Position numbers and translations under genes: made by a program
From: the human T2T-CHM13v2.0 reference genome, Homo sapiens
Strand: one strand, 5' to 3'
NCBI RefSeq assembly: GCF_009914755.1
Contig: NC_060931.1
DNA: 64,000 nucleotides
The notes under the pieces: model-generated
Database searches by the model: none
Seen by the model: only the letters and a program-made list of their open reading frames with translations
What the model was told of the DNA's origin: nothing
Shown: positions 1-12,805 of the stretch, piece by piece
Layout: every line of letters begins with the position of its first letter
How positions within the stretch are numbered: the first letter of the stretch is position 1

Positions 1-899
1 AAATGAACAAACAAGCCAGTGAATGAAGAAACTTGGCACTCATTCCACTATAAGAGCATATTCCGATGTGACCCTGGCTTGTAAAAACTTAATGTAACCA
101 GCAGTAGAACATACAGACACAGAGTACCAGCATACCAGGCTCTTGATTCTGATATTATCTGCTTAAAAGTTTCATTTTGCACAGGGACTCTGAGACATCA
201 CCATTTCCCCAAATGTGGCATCCTCAGGACACTTCTTATTAGCTGTCAAAACCAACTTAATTTCTTTATTAAGATGTTTCTTTGTTCTCAGAAATAAAGG
301 AAAAATTAAGTTGAGCTTATCACAGCTACAGTTTGCAGGCCTGAGCACTCTCCCTTTCGCAATGCCCTAAGGAAATCTGCCTCCCTGGAGGCGAGTGTCA
401 GTGCTTCCTGCAGACCCTCTTGCAGTGGAGGAGGCAACCCTTGCTGTCCTTCACTTACTATGGAGATGGAGTATGAGGAAGAGTTTTTTCCTAGCTCTCT
501 TCTGATCCTCTAAGCTCATTTACACTCCATTTCAGGATTAATGGCACTCATATTAAACCTCTTCAAAGCTTAATATCAACCTCTCAGCAAGACTCCTCAA
601 CCCCAACCAAAATCCACAATGGCATGCCTCATGGTTTCCCCTCTCTCCCTCACCAAATCCTAACACTAACACAGTAGATCTCAACAACCCTATGACTATC
701 CAGCCAAAACATGAGCCCTCTAACTAGGGACCCCAGCATTCTATTTATACACATTCTGCATTGGCCTCTGACATCTTGGATCTTGCCATGACTCACAACT
801 ATTTCACCTCTGAAATGGGGCAGATTAGTGGCCCACCCACTAACCTAATTTCCTGGGCCATGAGCTCCCTCATTCATTCATTTCCATTCCACCTGCTTC

Positions 900-2370
900 T
901 TTCAAAACCTCTGTGAGATCAATGCACTTTTCTTCCAGGCCACTACCCTTGATCAGGTTGAACATCCTGCTTTATCAAGCTTGGGCCCTGTGGTATACCC
1001 CTCAACACTCTCTGGTCAGTCCTATCAACACCCTTCCTCCTTGTCCTGATCCCCTGTTTGCCCCACATATCTTCAGTCCTAAATTATTCCACCTTTACCA
1101 CAACTATGCCATCTTCTCAAAATGACAAAAGTTATTTTTAGAAAGCTCCCCTTGCCCTCTAATTTCCCTATACCAGCTGCCACAATTCCTCAGGCCCATC
1201 ATAGTTAGAATCCTCAAAATAACAGACACTGTTGCTGCTTCCTCATCTCCAATGGAGTCTCCAATGCCTATAATCAAGCTTCTGATCCCAACATCTACTG
1301 AAACCCCTCTGGACGTTTACCAAAGGTGATGCCTCTTTAGTCCTCATCTGCTTGATACCTCTATTGTAAATGATAGTCCTGGCACTCCTCATTTTTAAAA
1401 TTCTCTCCATTCTTGCCTTTTTGAGATATCCCTCTGTCATGGCTCCTTCTACATCTCTGATTAATTTTTGGAAGGCTTTTCCACAGTCCCCTCTTCTTTT
1501 GCACATTCCATAAAATATTAGTGCTCTCAAAGGTTCTGCTTTGATCCTCATCTTGCCATTTGATCTATCCGACCATCTAATTCATCAACTCTCATGGCAT
1601 CATTACCACCCATATGGTAATGACTCCCAAACCTCTCTTCAAGCTTTAGACTTAGCTTAATAGACATATCTTTTTGAATTTCCTAATGATTCTTCAACTC
1701 AACATATATAAGCCAGACTCAATCTTCCCAAAATTTCCTTTTCTTTACATATTGTCTATCTGTTTGAGGGACAACTTCCCTAAACATCCAAACTATAGTC
1801 TGAGTTACACCATCTCATGTCACTCTCTACTAAATTATCGTTTTTTAAAATTTTTTCTGCATTGAACTTATTGTCTGATATCTTATTTTTCATTTCTTTT
1901 AAAGATAACTGCCTTTCCCTGTCCTTCAATATAAGCTCCAAGCAAACAAAAACTTTCAGTACAGAATCTTTAACATCTAACGGAGTTCTTCACACACAGT
2001 AGGTGGTCAATAAATATTTGTTGAATGCATGATAAATGTATCTGATCCCTATCTTTCTCCTGCTTCATCACCACAAGCCCCTCCTAGACACTATCACTCT
2101 GACCTTGAGTTACATTAGACTAAAGTTCCATGAACCCAGATATCTGCTTCAACCCACAGTCCTTTATTCATACTCTATGTCAGCCTAGAATATCCTTTTC
2201 ACTAAATGGTGGCTTTACTTATTTTACAAGATTTACCTCAAGAATTCTCTTTAGAGTCCTTCCTTCTTGGTGATACCACTCTATCATCTCTATCTATATA
2301 ATCTATAAGCTCCTTTACAACCTGCAATCATATTCTAGTATTTCCTTTTTTAAAATTGAACCTGCATCCC
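900..2370 (+). mobile_element. Degenerate L2 LINE fragments
   Basis: Pyrimidine-rich L2 ORF2-like sequence plus the L2 3' terminus cacagtaggtggtcaataaatatttgttgaatg near 1995-2030. Confidence 0.7.
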
Positions 2371-2459
2371 CCTCTAAGCAGTAGTTCCATTTCTCCCTCA
2401 TGAACTACTAATCTTTGAAGATCAGTTTAAATCCAAAAATTTGAAAGTTTTCTACACTT

Positions 2460-3058
2460 GGCAGTAATGGAGGAATAGAGAAACAAAAAAGACATAAGGC
2501 ACACGAAGCAATTACCAAAATAGTAGACAGAAAAGCCTACATTTTGGTAATTATATAAAGGTAAATGGACTGAGCAGAGCAATCGAAAGGCAGAGGCTGG
2601 CAGAATGGATAAAACACACACCATGTGCACACACAAATGATCCAACTAAATACTGCCTACAAGAGACACAATTTAAATTCAAGATAGGTAGAAAGTTTAA
2701 AAATGGAAAAAATAATATTCCATGCAAAGAGTAATGAAAAGAGAGCTTGAATGGCTATAGTAATATCAGACAAAATAGTCAAAATTATTAGAGACAAAGA
2801 AGGACAGTTTATAAAGAAAAAACAGTCAATCCATCAAGAAGATATACAAGTTATAAACATATATACACCTAACAAAAGAGCCCTAAAATACATTAAGCAA
2901 AAGCTGACAGAAATGAAGACAGAAATAAGCCCAATAATGGTGGGAGACTTCAATATCTCACTTTCAACAAGGCAGAAGATAGTAAGGAAATAGAAAACTT
3001 GAACAACATATAGTCAACCTGAACCTCACAGGCATATATAGAACATTCCACTCAACAT
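2460..3058 (+). mobile_element. Old L1M fragment: inter-ORF region and ORF2 endonuclease N-terminus
   Basis: ORF 2751..2993 (AIVISDK...INIYTPNKRA...MVGDFNISLS) resembles the L1 APE endonuclease domain. Confidence 0.9.
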
Positions 3059-3394
3059 TCTGAAGGATTATAAATAGTTTGATGCATTAATAACTAACAT
3101 GTAATATGTTTATTACTTCATACCCAGTATTATGCATTTCCTCATAGGAGGCAAAGAAGATACAAAATACTAATTTCAATTTCAAGGTTGAGTAATATGG
3201 CTTGTTAAAGAACATATGTATTTATGGAATAACTTGAAAAATTATGACTAAATGCAATCTCATTTTAGATAAAGAGAGGCCCTAGATAAAAGCAGCAGGA
3301 TTCACATGAAAACAAAACAAAACACCAAAGTGTTTTTAAATGCTACCTTTAGGATTTACAAGCTTAACAACCTAAGGTAAGGTATTTAATTAAT

Positions 3395-3505
3395 ATGATC
3401 TTTAGCTTCTCATCTGTGAAATGGAGAGATCTGTAATTGTAATGATTAGAGGTTATACATGTAAAGTACATAAAATGACAGCTAGCAAATAGAAAGTATT
3501 CCAAA
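3395..3505 (+). mobile_element. MIR fragment
   Basis: Core motif ttctcatctgtgaaatgg followed by catgtaaagtac. Confidence 0.6.
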
Positions 3506-4824
3506 AAATGATCTTTGGTATACAGCATACACAATGCACACAATTATTATGGTTGAGTAATCTGGATTTCATTAAGAAATATGCTACATAGAAAGGAAGG
3601 CCTAAGTCAGGTTTTGATCGAAAGGCAGGATCTGGATTGAAAAACTAGTTTTGACTGATGTTATTTCCTAAGTGCCAGAGTGAGACATTAGATTGATTTC
3701 AAAAGCATTGAAACATTTATACTGTGTATGACCAGAAAAGGGGAAAGGTTTCTTTCCAAAATTATCCCTCAGATATTCCCTTTGTTTTTAAGTCCCTACA
3801 AAGTCTTTCACGCTACGAGACACTCCAACAATTACTTTACTTTGAATAACCAAATACAATTTAGGAAGGGCACAAAAGACTGAAATAACATCAATGCTAG
3901 TTTTGGATGTAGTAGAGATCACTAGAAAAACCTTAGTTATATACCCAATACATATTAAGGCAAATAATAAATATCTGTCTCTTGGCAATTCTGGCAATTT
4001 CCCCAAAGTTTCATAATTGGCACTGGCAATTTCCCAGGGGTATTATCTCATAATTGAAAGCCTTGAACACTGTGGTACCCAAGACTTTTTGAAGATCAGT
4101 TTAAAAAGCGATTAAGCAATTACATTAGAAATCATAAAAAATTCCTTTACAGGGGAAATAAAAAGTATAACTGTCTTAATTGTATGTAAATGACAACCTG
4201 TGTTTGGAACTAAATAGCTGTTGAAGATGATGATAAGCTCTGGAGAACTACTAGTTGAGATGATGAGTATCTTAAGTAAGGACAAAAACAAGTGATGCTA
4301 AAGATATATGTAAAGATTTTGGATAAAAGTATTCCATGAAATGTAAGAGCAAAAAAGTAATATCTGTATTTTTTTAAAAAAAGCCATAGCATCATATAAT
4401 TTGTGATTTTAAATAAATGTGAATAACTAAATAAATTCAAATCATAAATAGATATTTGTTTTATCTCTATCCCTAAAAGTTGTATATATTCAGGTTGTTT
4501 AAATCCTCTCTGGGGGAGAGAAGAGGTCTTCTTTAGGCACATACAGTGAGGTCCTAAGCAGGCCACAGAGATGTCAAGGTGGAGCTTCTGAAAGAAAAGG
4601 TGTACAGCAAGAGGTCAAAGAAAGAAATGTAAGGGCAAGACTACCATCATAATACACAACAGGATGACGAGGGTTAGGGTGGGGACAGTGGGACCAGAGA
4701 AAGGGAGAGTGATCCAGAAGCCCACACCAAAAAATGATAGATTGATTATTTTGATGGCTCTTTGGTTTCCTGTAGGTAACAATTGCAAAGTTTTGAGGTT
4801 TCGGAACCCAGAAATAATGGCACC

Positions 4825-4872
4825 AAAAAAATAAAATAAAATAAAATAAAATGAAATAAATAAAAAGAAAAA
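4825..4872. repeat. (AAAAT)n A-rich simple repeat
   Basis: Read directly from the sequence. Confidence 0.85.
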
Positions 4873-5618
4873 GAAATGCAGATGTAGAGAGAATGAGTAA
4901 ATTCAGATGAACAATGACATAATTTCACATGTTGGACTTTGGGTGATGGCTGGACACTGAGGTAAAAACTAGCCAAAATTTCATCCAGATATTTCAGTTC
5001 AGAGAGAAACACAGAGTGCCTTTTATTGGCAAAAATTAAAAACACTAGCGATGAACACAAAAATGGGCAAACTTTAGTATAGACCCTCAAAATGCTTACA
5101 ATTTTGGTGGGTAAATAGAAGCTCTAGAATTTGTATATAGGAAGGCTTTAGAGGCAAATCCATCTAGTTGGAAGTTAAGAAATAGAGGACCTGATTTAAA
5201 ATAACGTGGCATTATTTTAAGCACAACTCTGGCTAATTTGGGGTGGGAGCATGAGGATGCTGACAGAGATTAAGGATCATAAGGTCCTATTTCATCCAAC
5301 AACTTCTTTGTTCTACCACTGAGTAGGAAAAACAGAACAACTATTTCAAAATGCACGTAATTCCACGAGAAATGCAGAGTAACGTGTAAGTAAGAATATC
5401 TGGTGCTTAAAATACAAATACAGTTCAGATTTAAAAGTCAGGGCTGAAAGTAGAGGCTTACCATCTAAGCCAGATGACTAGATGAGCTCTTGGAATAAAG
5501 GAAGTTCCTCCAAGAACTGAAAGGATATTATTGTTAAGTTTCAAGATGAAGGGCAGTCCTCCTAATGCCTCTAATTGAGATTTAGGTCTCCACTTGAGAA
5601 ATAGATCAAGGTCTAAAA

Positions 5619-5817
5619 TTGTGTCATCCTATATGGCAGCTACTAGCCACAGGTGGTTATTTAAATATAAATAAATTAGAACAAAATAAATTAAGTTTAA
5701 AATTTAGTTCCTCCTTTTTAATCCTAGCCATATTCCAAGCAATCAATACCCACTGGTGACAAGTAGCTACCATACTGGAAAGCACAGATAAAGAACACTT
5801 TCACTGGACAGTGTTGA
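5619..5817. mobile_element. MER3-like hAT-Charlie DNA transposon
   Basis: Motifs atatggcagctactagccacaggtggttatttaaat and gtagctaccatactggaaagcacag resemble MER3. Confidence 0.75.
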
Positions 5818-5911
5818 AATGTCACAGTAATAATAAAGACAAGATAAGGGATATTCACTGATCTTGAATTTCTAAAAGGAACATGTGCAACCCATAGAGA
5901 AACATTTTTAC

Positions 5912-5997
5912 CTTGACCATAATGATGGTAACTCTTCTTGTAAGTCAACGTTAAACTCTTCAAACACTTTCTGTGCTTTCTGAAATTCTTCTTCTGC
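5912..5997 (-). CDS. AMPH: Amphiphysin coding exon 7 (86 nt, phase 0 to 2), AEEEFQKAQKVFEEFNVDLQEELPSLWS(R)
   Basis: Minus strand reads ttcattcctag|GCAGAAGAA...TGGTCAAG|gtaaaa. In frame with exon 6. Confidence 0.97.
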
Positions 5998-6224
5998 CTA
6001 GGAATGAAACATAACATGTGTTTACACTAAGAAAGACCATTTCTATACACAACAGCATCATTTAATGTAAAATAAGAATAGTCTTATGGCATCTTGGAAA
6101 TATTTTGAGAAGGAGAGTATTTGGTTAAAAGCATATCCTTGTTTTTCAATTAAACATGAAACACTAAGACTCCCTAAAACTGGAAACCGGATTGATTACA
6201 ATGGTTGCTCTTGCAGTTTCTGGC

Positions 6225-6970
6225 TGATTCATTTATTCTACAAAAATGTGTTAGCTGCCTGCCATGTAGACAGCTCTGCTATGGATACTGAACATGAATG
6301 CATCCCCAGGAAATTCCCAGCCTAGTGGAAAGTCTAAATAATTACATTACAGGATGTATTTACAAAAGGGACTTACAATGTGTTATAGAGCATGCTATAT
6401 GGAAGGTGGTGCAGAGAAGAGAGAAGGTAATTTTTTAACTGAATCCTAAAGAATCAGAAAATGTTTGCTAAAGGAGGGGGTAAGAAAGACATTACAATAC
6501 ATAAAGGTGGAAAGCCTTGAAATGGAATTCCAGCTTACCATGTGAACTTGTCAGACTGCTTTACCACTGTGTACCTCACAGGTTGTTTTGAGTATTAAGG
6601 AAAGTTAATGTAGATGAAGTGTTGAACAGAGTGCCTGGTATCCAGGAGGCCTCTCATGAAGGGCATTTGTTATTGTGAACTGCTCAGAAACTGATGTGTA
6701 GTTCTGGCTCATGGTATGTTTATGGAAGAAGGCGAGGAGGGGAAAGGAGACTTGAAAGTTGATCAGGATGGACAGGTGAGTTACAGCCAAATTGTGAGGA
6801 TCTTTTATGCTGTACTAAGAAATAAAGTATTTTTTGTAGAGGCAATAGAAACCATTAAAAGACTTAAGCAGTTGAGAAACATATCTCGATGTAGACAGAC
6901 CATTCAGGCAGCTGTGTGTAGGCACATAGGAAAAGGCATGACTGGAAGAAGAGGGTATAGTTAGGAGGTG
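6225..6970 (-). mobile_element. L2 fragment interrupted by a MIR (about 6520-6675, +)
   Basis: Reverse L2 tail attcatttattctacaaaaatgtgttag; MIR motifs tccagcttaccatgtgaacttg and acagagtgcctgg. Confidence 0.6.
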
Positions 6971-7442
6971 ACTTCAGTTAGTCGGCATCTGTAACTTGCT
7001 GACATACATGGTGAAAGCTACTAAAAAATGTTTTCTAACAGAAAATTTGTTTTATGCAAATCCACACATCCGTACTCTCAGACAATCAAAAGTCACCTCT
7101 GAGAATTTCAGCTTGGTGTCCCATCTGCATCTGCATTTCAGCACTGAGGGTGGACCACAACCATCTAAGGAAGTGCAGACACACTACTTTCTTTGATCCC
7201 GCAACATTGTAGGTCAAAGTTTATTCTGATCAAAATGTGTGAGTCAGTATCCCCCATATGAACTGTACAATATAATGAAAAGCCTTATTTTAATTAAAAA
7301 TAATAAAAAGCACTATGTTTCAGTTTAAATTCTGTTCAGATTCCAATCTCCTTTTATAGAGGAGGCATTTAATTTTAAAAAGTAAAGCTGCAACAGGTCA
7401 TAAAATACGGAGAGTGGTATTCACCATGTGCTCAATCCCTAC

Positions 7443-7550
7443 CTTAGAGATTCGACTCTCATCCTTCCTCTTGGAGCTCTGCAGAGCTTCCAGATGGTGG
7501 CGGGCACTGTCATAGTCCACTAGCTTCCTGCTGCGCTTGGCGATGCGATT
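7443..7550 (-). CDS. AMPH: Amphiphysin coding exon 6 (108 nt, phase 0 to 0), [36 protein letters not shown]
   Basis: Minus strand reads ttcctgttgacag|AATCGCATC...ATCTCTAAG|gtaggg. It contains the KLVDYDSAR motif of amphiphysin/BIN1 BAR domains. Confidence 0.98.
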
Positions 7551-8270
7551 CTGTCAACAGGAAATGCACTCACTAAGAAAGAAGCATGGACATAAGAGTC
7601 TCCCTTTGACAGCCAGGTGCCAAAATGCTTTCCTTTGCCAGAGCTGCTGAGGATCTTGACTGGAGATCAAGATGGGCTGGAGTTTCACTAGCTAAGTGAC
7701 TCCTGAAAATCAGATGAACACCTCCAATCCTTTGTGTTGAAGCCATTAGATAAATATCTTCCCTTTTGATAATAATTAGGCTAATCACAAGCAGCTGAGG
7801 GCAGAGTTTGCAGTCAAAGACCAGAAAATAATCCAGAATTGGTCAGGGAGAGAAGGCAAAACTATACTCATTATTCTCTAGTCGAAATCTTTAAATGTTC
7901 TATTCTGAAGATAGTGGGAAACTATGTTAGATTTGGTTTTATAATTCTGATAACACTCACACCAACAGCAATTCTATAAAAACAGATTTACTTCCCAAGA
8001 AATCTCTTTTCCTACAAGTGATTCTCAATACTTTGTTCATTAGAATCCCCTGGACTAATGTGTCATTTGGAATAGCTGGTGGCCAAAGACACAGGGCCAA
8101 AGGCACAGATTGTGCTAATGGGCAAGCTCTTTCCCATGGGTCAACATTGGAAGCCATGAGAAAGTCTGAGAACAAGACATTCCCTTGCAGTGTGGATGAG
8201 AATGAGGTGATATATGGCTGCTAGGGGATAGGCGTAAAGCCCTGCTCATTTCTATGGAACATTTCCTCTT

Positions 8271-8291
8271 AACAACAACAACAACAACAAC
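8271..8291. repeat. (AAC)7 microsatellite
   Basis: Read directly from the sequence. Confidence 0.9.
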
Positions 8292-8389
8292 CACAAAAAC
8301 AAAAAGCTTTAAGCCGCTTGAGGAGGGGGCACCAAACCCTTCTACCCACAGGTGCAAGCAAAGATCTACTGCTTCTCGGGGAGCAATAA

Positions 8390-10470
8390 AAGTAAAACCA
8401 ATGTGGCTCTGGTAGAGATGGAGAGCCTTCTGACCTCTAGATTTTAGGCAAAAATAATTGCTGTAGGCAAAAGGGTAAAAGAAAAAGTCTCAAGGGGCAT
8501 AAAAGCTTCCTAGGCCCAAGACCTGACTCCTACAACAAGTAGTGGACTGCTCCAACTTGGGCAGGGAAGGAAACTCTCGCTCAAATCCAACCACAGATAT
8601 GAGGCTGACTTTGCCTAAAACAAGGCCGGGAAAGGATTTAAAACAAACAAACAAACAAACAAACAAAACAACAACAACAAAAACAGCCCTAACTCCACTA
8701 CAAGCTATAACACTAAAAAACAAGCAATAGTGGCCTACCACTGGAGGAGGACAGTGCAAGGAGAGAGACCCCTTCTGCAGAGGGGTCTCTACAGGCATAC
8801 AAAGACAACTAAAATCTAATAAGCAGCAGCCACACTGAGAGAAACCCTCCAGCACCTAAGGGCCCCCAAGTCAGGCTTCAACCTAAGAATTTGAAAATAT
8901 TACAGATATTAAAATATAAGTACAAGGCATTAGCAGTCCAATTCTGGAGGAATTTGAAAGCTGCGGTGCACTGAAGTAACAATAGCAAAAATAAAGACCC
9001 AATGCAGCTCAGGTCCTGATTAATTGATTCCAACTCTCACATTAACAGCCTGACAAAAAGGCTGGCCAATTTCCAGACATAAATATTATTTCAGTACTCA
9101 CTATCCTATACATGATGTCTGGCATTCAATCAAAAATTACAAAATACACAAAAACAAAAAAACAACAATCCATGAGAAAAGGTAAAGCAAACAACAGAGA
9201 CAGACTCAGACATGACTCAGATGTTGGAAGTAACAAACAGGAATTTTAAAATGACTACGACTAATATGTTAAAGTATCTAGTTTGAAAAAGTCAACAACA
9301 AAGATAATCAGATGGGGAATTTCAGAAGAGATATAGAAACTTTAATGGTCAAATAGAAATCAAATGGAAACACTAGAAATTTTAAAAATGTTATCAGAGA
9401 GGAAAAATTGATTCAGTGGGCCCATTACTAAACTCGAAAAAGCTGAGGAAATAAATAGTGTACTTGAAGACAGGTCACAATAAATTATTTCCATTAAAAC
9501 ACAAAAAGGAAAAAGAATTGAAGAAAACAGAGAATTGAGCATCTAAGACCTACAATGTAATATAAAATGGTCTAACATAATATAATTGAGGTCTCAAAAA
9601 GAGATGAGAGAATAATAAGCAATATTTCAAGAGATAATGGCTGAAAATTTTTTTTAAATAATGAAGACATCAAAGTATAGATGCAAGAAACTCAGAGAAT
9701 ACCAAAAAGGAAAAATACCAAACAATACACATCTAAATACATCATAGTCAAACTACTTAACATCAAGAATAAAAGAAAAGCATACAATAAAAAGGTAAGA
9801 ATTACGGGATGCTAATCTTCAGAAACCATGCAAACCAGAACACATTGGATGATATATTTACAGTACTGAAAAATAAAAGTTAAAAGAAATCTGCCAACTC
9901 AGACTTCCACACCCAATGAAAATATCTTACAAAAGTGAAGATGAAATATTTTTTTTCAGACAAACAAAGGCTGAGGGAATTCATTGCCAGCATAAGAATT
10001 TTAATATGAAGTGGAGCTACACAGAAAAATGAGTACCAGAAATGATAAAAATCAATGTAAAATATAAAAGATTTTGTTTTCCTACTTTTAATTGCTTGAA
10101 AAGGTAACTGATCATTCAGAGCAAAAAAACATAACTAATGTATTGTGGGGTTTATAACATGTAAAAGAAAAATGTATGACAATAACAGTGCAAAGGAAAG
10201 GAGGTGGGAACTGAAAGTGTACTGTTGTACTGTTCTTAAATAATACATGAAGTAATATACATCATTTCAAGTTAAACCTAATATGTTAAAGATGTATATT
10301 ATACATTATAAGGCAGCAACTAAGAAATAAATTAATAAAGAAGTATCTATGTGCCCCATAAATATGAACAATTATTATATGCCAATTAAATAAATTGTTA
10401 TACATCAAATAAATGAGAAAAATGTAAAAATAAGTAGAACGAATAAGGAAGTATCATAAAATATATTGAC
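8390..10470 (+). mobile_element. Old L1M 5' portion (5'UTR, ORF1, inter-ORF), with an (AAAC)n tract at about 8640-8683 and a short L1 3'-end piece at about 10345-10415
   Basis: A-rich ORF1-like sequence, e.g. aatatttcaagagataatggctgaaaatttt and cagacaaacaaaggctgagggaattcattgccagc. Confidence 0.8.
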
Positions 10471-10590
10471 TCCTGAGCCCTACACTAAGAGATTCTGATT
10501 TAATTAGACTGAGGCAAGCCCTAGATATCTACAGTTTAAAAAAAATCTTCCCCGTAGTCCAGTTATGCCCAGCTATTTGAAAAATAAGAA
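10470..10590. mobile_element. MER5-family fragment
   Basis: agagattctgatttaattag...aggcaagccctagatatct resembles the MER5 core. Confidence 0.55.
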
Positions 10591-10659
10591 CTAACCCAGG
10601 AGGAGATGCTTTAAAAAATTTGATATGGTAGGAAAAAGAAAAAAAAAACACAATAATAT

Positions 10660-10830
10660 AAATGGTTATGGCTTACAAGGCATTGTCACATCTGATGGAT
10701 CCTTCTAGCAACCTACAGAATGAGTGTTTCAGGGATTATCTCCATTTTACTTTTAGGAAATGTGGAGCTGCATGAGATAACCTCTAATTTGTCCGAAATT
10801 GCTCAGCAAGTCTGTGGCAAAAGTGAACTG
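10660..10830 (-). mobile_element. MIR
   Basis: ttatctccattttac...aggaaatgtggagc...aatttgtccgaaattgctcagc is a reverse MIR core. Confidence 0.65.
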
Positions 10831-10855
10831 AATTAGAAGTTGGCCCCAGTGACCA

Positions 10856-11005
10856 GCGCCAGGAGTAGGGTGAGGCAGGTGAGACAGGGCACAAAATTTA
10901 AGAAGGCCCCTTACTCTCAGGGTCATGTGAGTGCAGGGTTAGCAACTTCCTCCCTCTAATTTGCACCACGGGTTCTTTGCTCACCTCATCCAATCTCATC
11001 CCTGC
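10856..11005. mobile_element. MER53-like hAT MITE
   Basis: tagggtgaggcaggtgag...cacaaaatttaagaagg...actctcagggtc with a degenerate inverted copy at the right end. Confidence 0.6.
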
Positions 11006-11339
11006 TTCTCAGTCTCGGTTAGTGCTTCTTCCAACAGCTCCCACCATTTCTCTGACAGACTTTATGAGTCAACTACAACCTGTCACTCTATGCTATTCTT
11101 CTACACACCCTTCAGGACTGGTGAGAGGTGGGTTGGGGCAGTTAACCTCTTTGGCTATTTCTAATTGCTTTCATTTTCCCTGCACCTACCACTTACAACT
11201 AGTATACTAGCAGAAAGCATGGAGATACACACCCAGTCACTCAAAGTATGCAATGAGTTAGCCTAGGCAGAGTAGAGTGGAAACCCTTCAATTAGGTATG
11301 GTGAACACCATGTGCCTATAAGGTGACAAGGCTCATTAC

Positions 11340-11750
11340 TTTTAGCAAAAATGTGTTACCTTCAAAGGAGGCTATCCCTTGAAGCAGTGGCCTACGTAAC
11401 TATATGCAAACTCTTATAAAGCTCTTCCTTATGGACTTGCCTTCTAGCCTGGGGCATTCCTTTAATATCTTCCAAGTAGCAAATCTTGATTCTCTGAAGA
11501 TGAATTTGATTTTTGAAAGCATCTATGAATCAATAACTTTTAAGTCTTAGAATAAGATGGAAGAGTGCACTGGGTAATCTTATTTTTGTTCAAAAACAAG
11601 AAGCAAAGTAAATAATGTGACTCATTTTCTTATGTAATTTTTAAGTCAATTACAAGGATAGCTTACCATGGTAGAAATGACTATTTTGAAGAATATCACT
11701 CATTTTGATGCATACATTTTGGGGTTAGAAAAGATAAATCAATCTTATTT
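11340..11750. mobile_element. MARNA-like Mariner fossil
   Basis: ttgccttctagcctggggcattcctttaatatc...gcaaatcttg...gatgaatttgatttttgaaa resembles MARNA. Confidence 0.65.
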
Positions 11751-12529
11751 CCTTACCTATCTGATATTTGGGAAACTTGGGGGGAAAACCCAAATCTCCT
11801 AAATAAGGGTAAGGTTGACACACATTAGCTTTTTTTAATGGAAAATTATATAATTCTCTTATTTAACCATCCAATAGGAAACTTAATTAAATTACATTAT
11901 AAATTTAACTTACATTTCTTGAAAAGAGAAAAAGAAGTTGTTGAGATTTCTCATTGTGCACTGAACCTCTATAGTTAAAAAATAAGTTATTATACATTTT
12001 TTAAACTTCCATAATAATCCCAAATTGGAATTCATTTTGGTACACTGCAGTAAATACATGCTTAGTTGCTCATGCATGGCTGCCAAGATAGAATCCAAAC
12101 TATATTTTACAATAACTGCTCACAGCTGTAAGCCTGCCTGGGTTGGTGACAAGCAGGCTCTTATTATAACAGTGATTTCAGATGTCAATGCTGCATAACA
12201 GAAACCATAACGCAGGGTATCCCGCCAATCACAGCTGGAAAAGTTAAACATCATCCCCTCATGAATGGTCCTTCATAGCCCTCACTGATGGGCTCAAGTA
12301 AATATTTGGAAATTTGCCTGAGGTTTTAACTGCACATGGCCTGTTGATTTCAATAGGAGGCAAGGAAGTCAACTGTGTTCCATGCTTTAAAAATTCTCCA
12401 CTGAGTATTTTTGTAAAATACTCCACCGAGTATTCTACTAATAATTACTTTAAATGTAAGTTGATTAATCTTCCTTTCCATCATAGCTCATTCATTACAT
12501 AATCACTCAACACTATTTTTATAAAGTGA

Positions 12530-12805
12530 TGGAGTCTATATCTACTTCTAACTTCCCTTCACTGAATAAAGGCAGACAGAATAACTTAAGTCCATTTTCA
12601 CAGAAAAACTTCTTTCAAATATTAAATACAGCTATCTTCTCACTTTCCAATTCCAAATTATCTCCTTTCCAAGTTAATAGCATAGCTATTACAAGTTAAT
12701 AGCATTTTGATTTCCTCAACTGTTACTTGTGTTATATGGCTTCACAATTATCTATCTTGGTTGATAGCCTCTATGTATGCTCCAGTTTCCTAAATGTGGC
12801 TTGAG
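12530..12805 (-). mobile_element. L3/CR1 fragment
   Basis: ttcctcaactgttacttgtgttatatggcttc...atcttggttgatagcctctatgtatgctccagttt...aaatgtggc. Confidence 0.55.

Noticed and set aside
3982-4056. Imperfect tandem duplication (ctggcaatttccc...tcataattg twice)
   Set aside because: An ordinary local slippage duplication with no sign of function.
1-5911. AMPH exon 8 (RVGFYVNTF...)
   Set aside because: Not found by reading the sequence; it should lie beyond the left edge. Exon 2 was likewise not found before the right edge.
7475-7488. Perfect 14-bp palindrome agctctgcagagct in exon 6
   Set aside because: A few of this length are expected by chance in a window this size, and the sequence is constrained by codons.
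11757-11775. 19-nt microexon-like unit (ccccccaag|...ATAG|gtaagg on the minus strand)
   Set aside because: Weak AAG acceptor, short pyrimidine tract and a donor at a transposon edge. It also shows that such motifs arise by chance.
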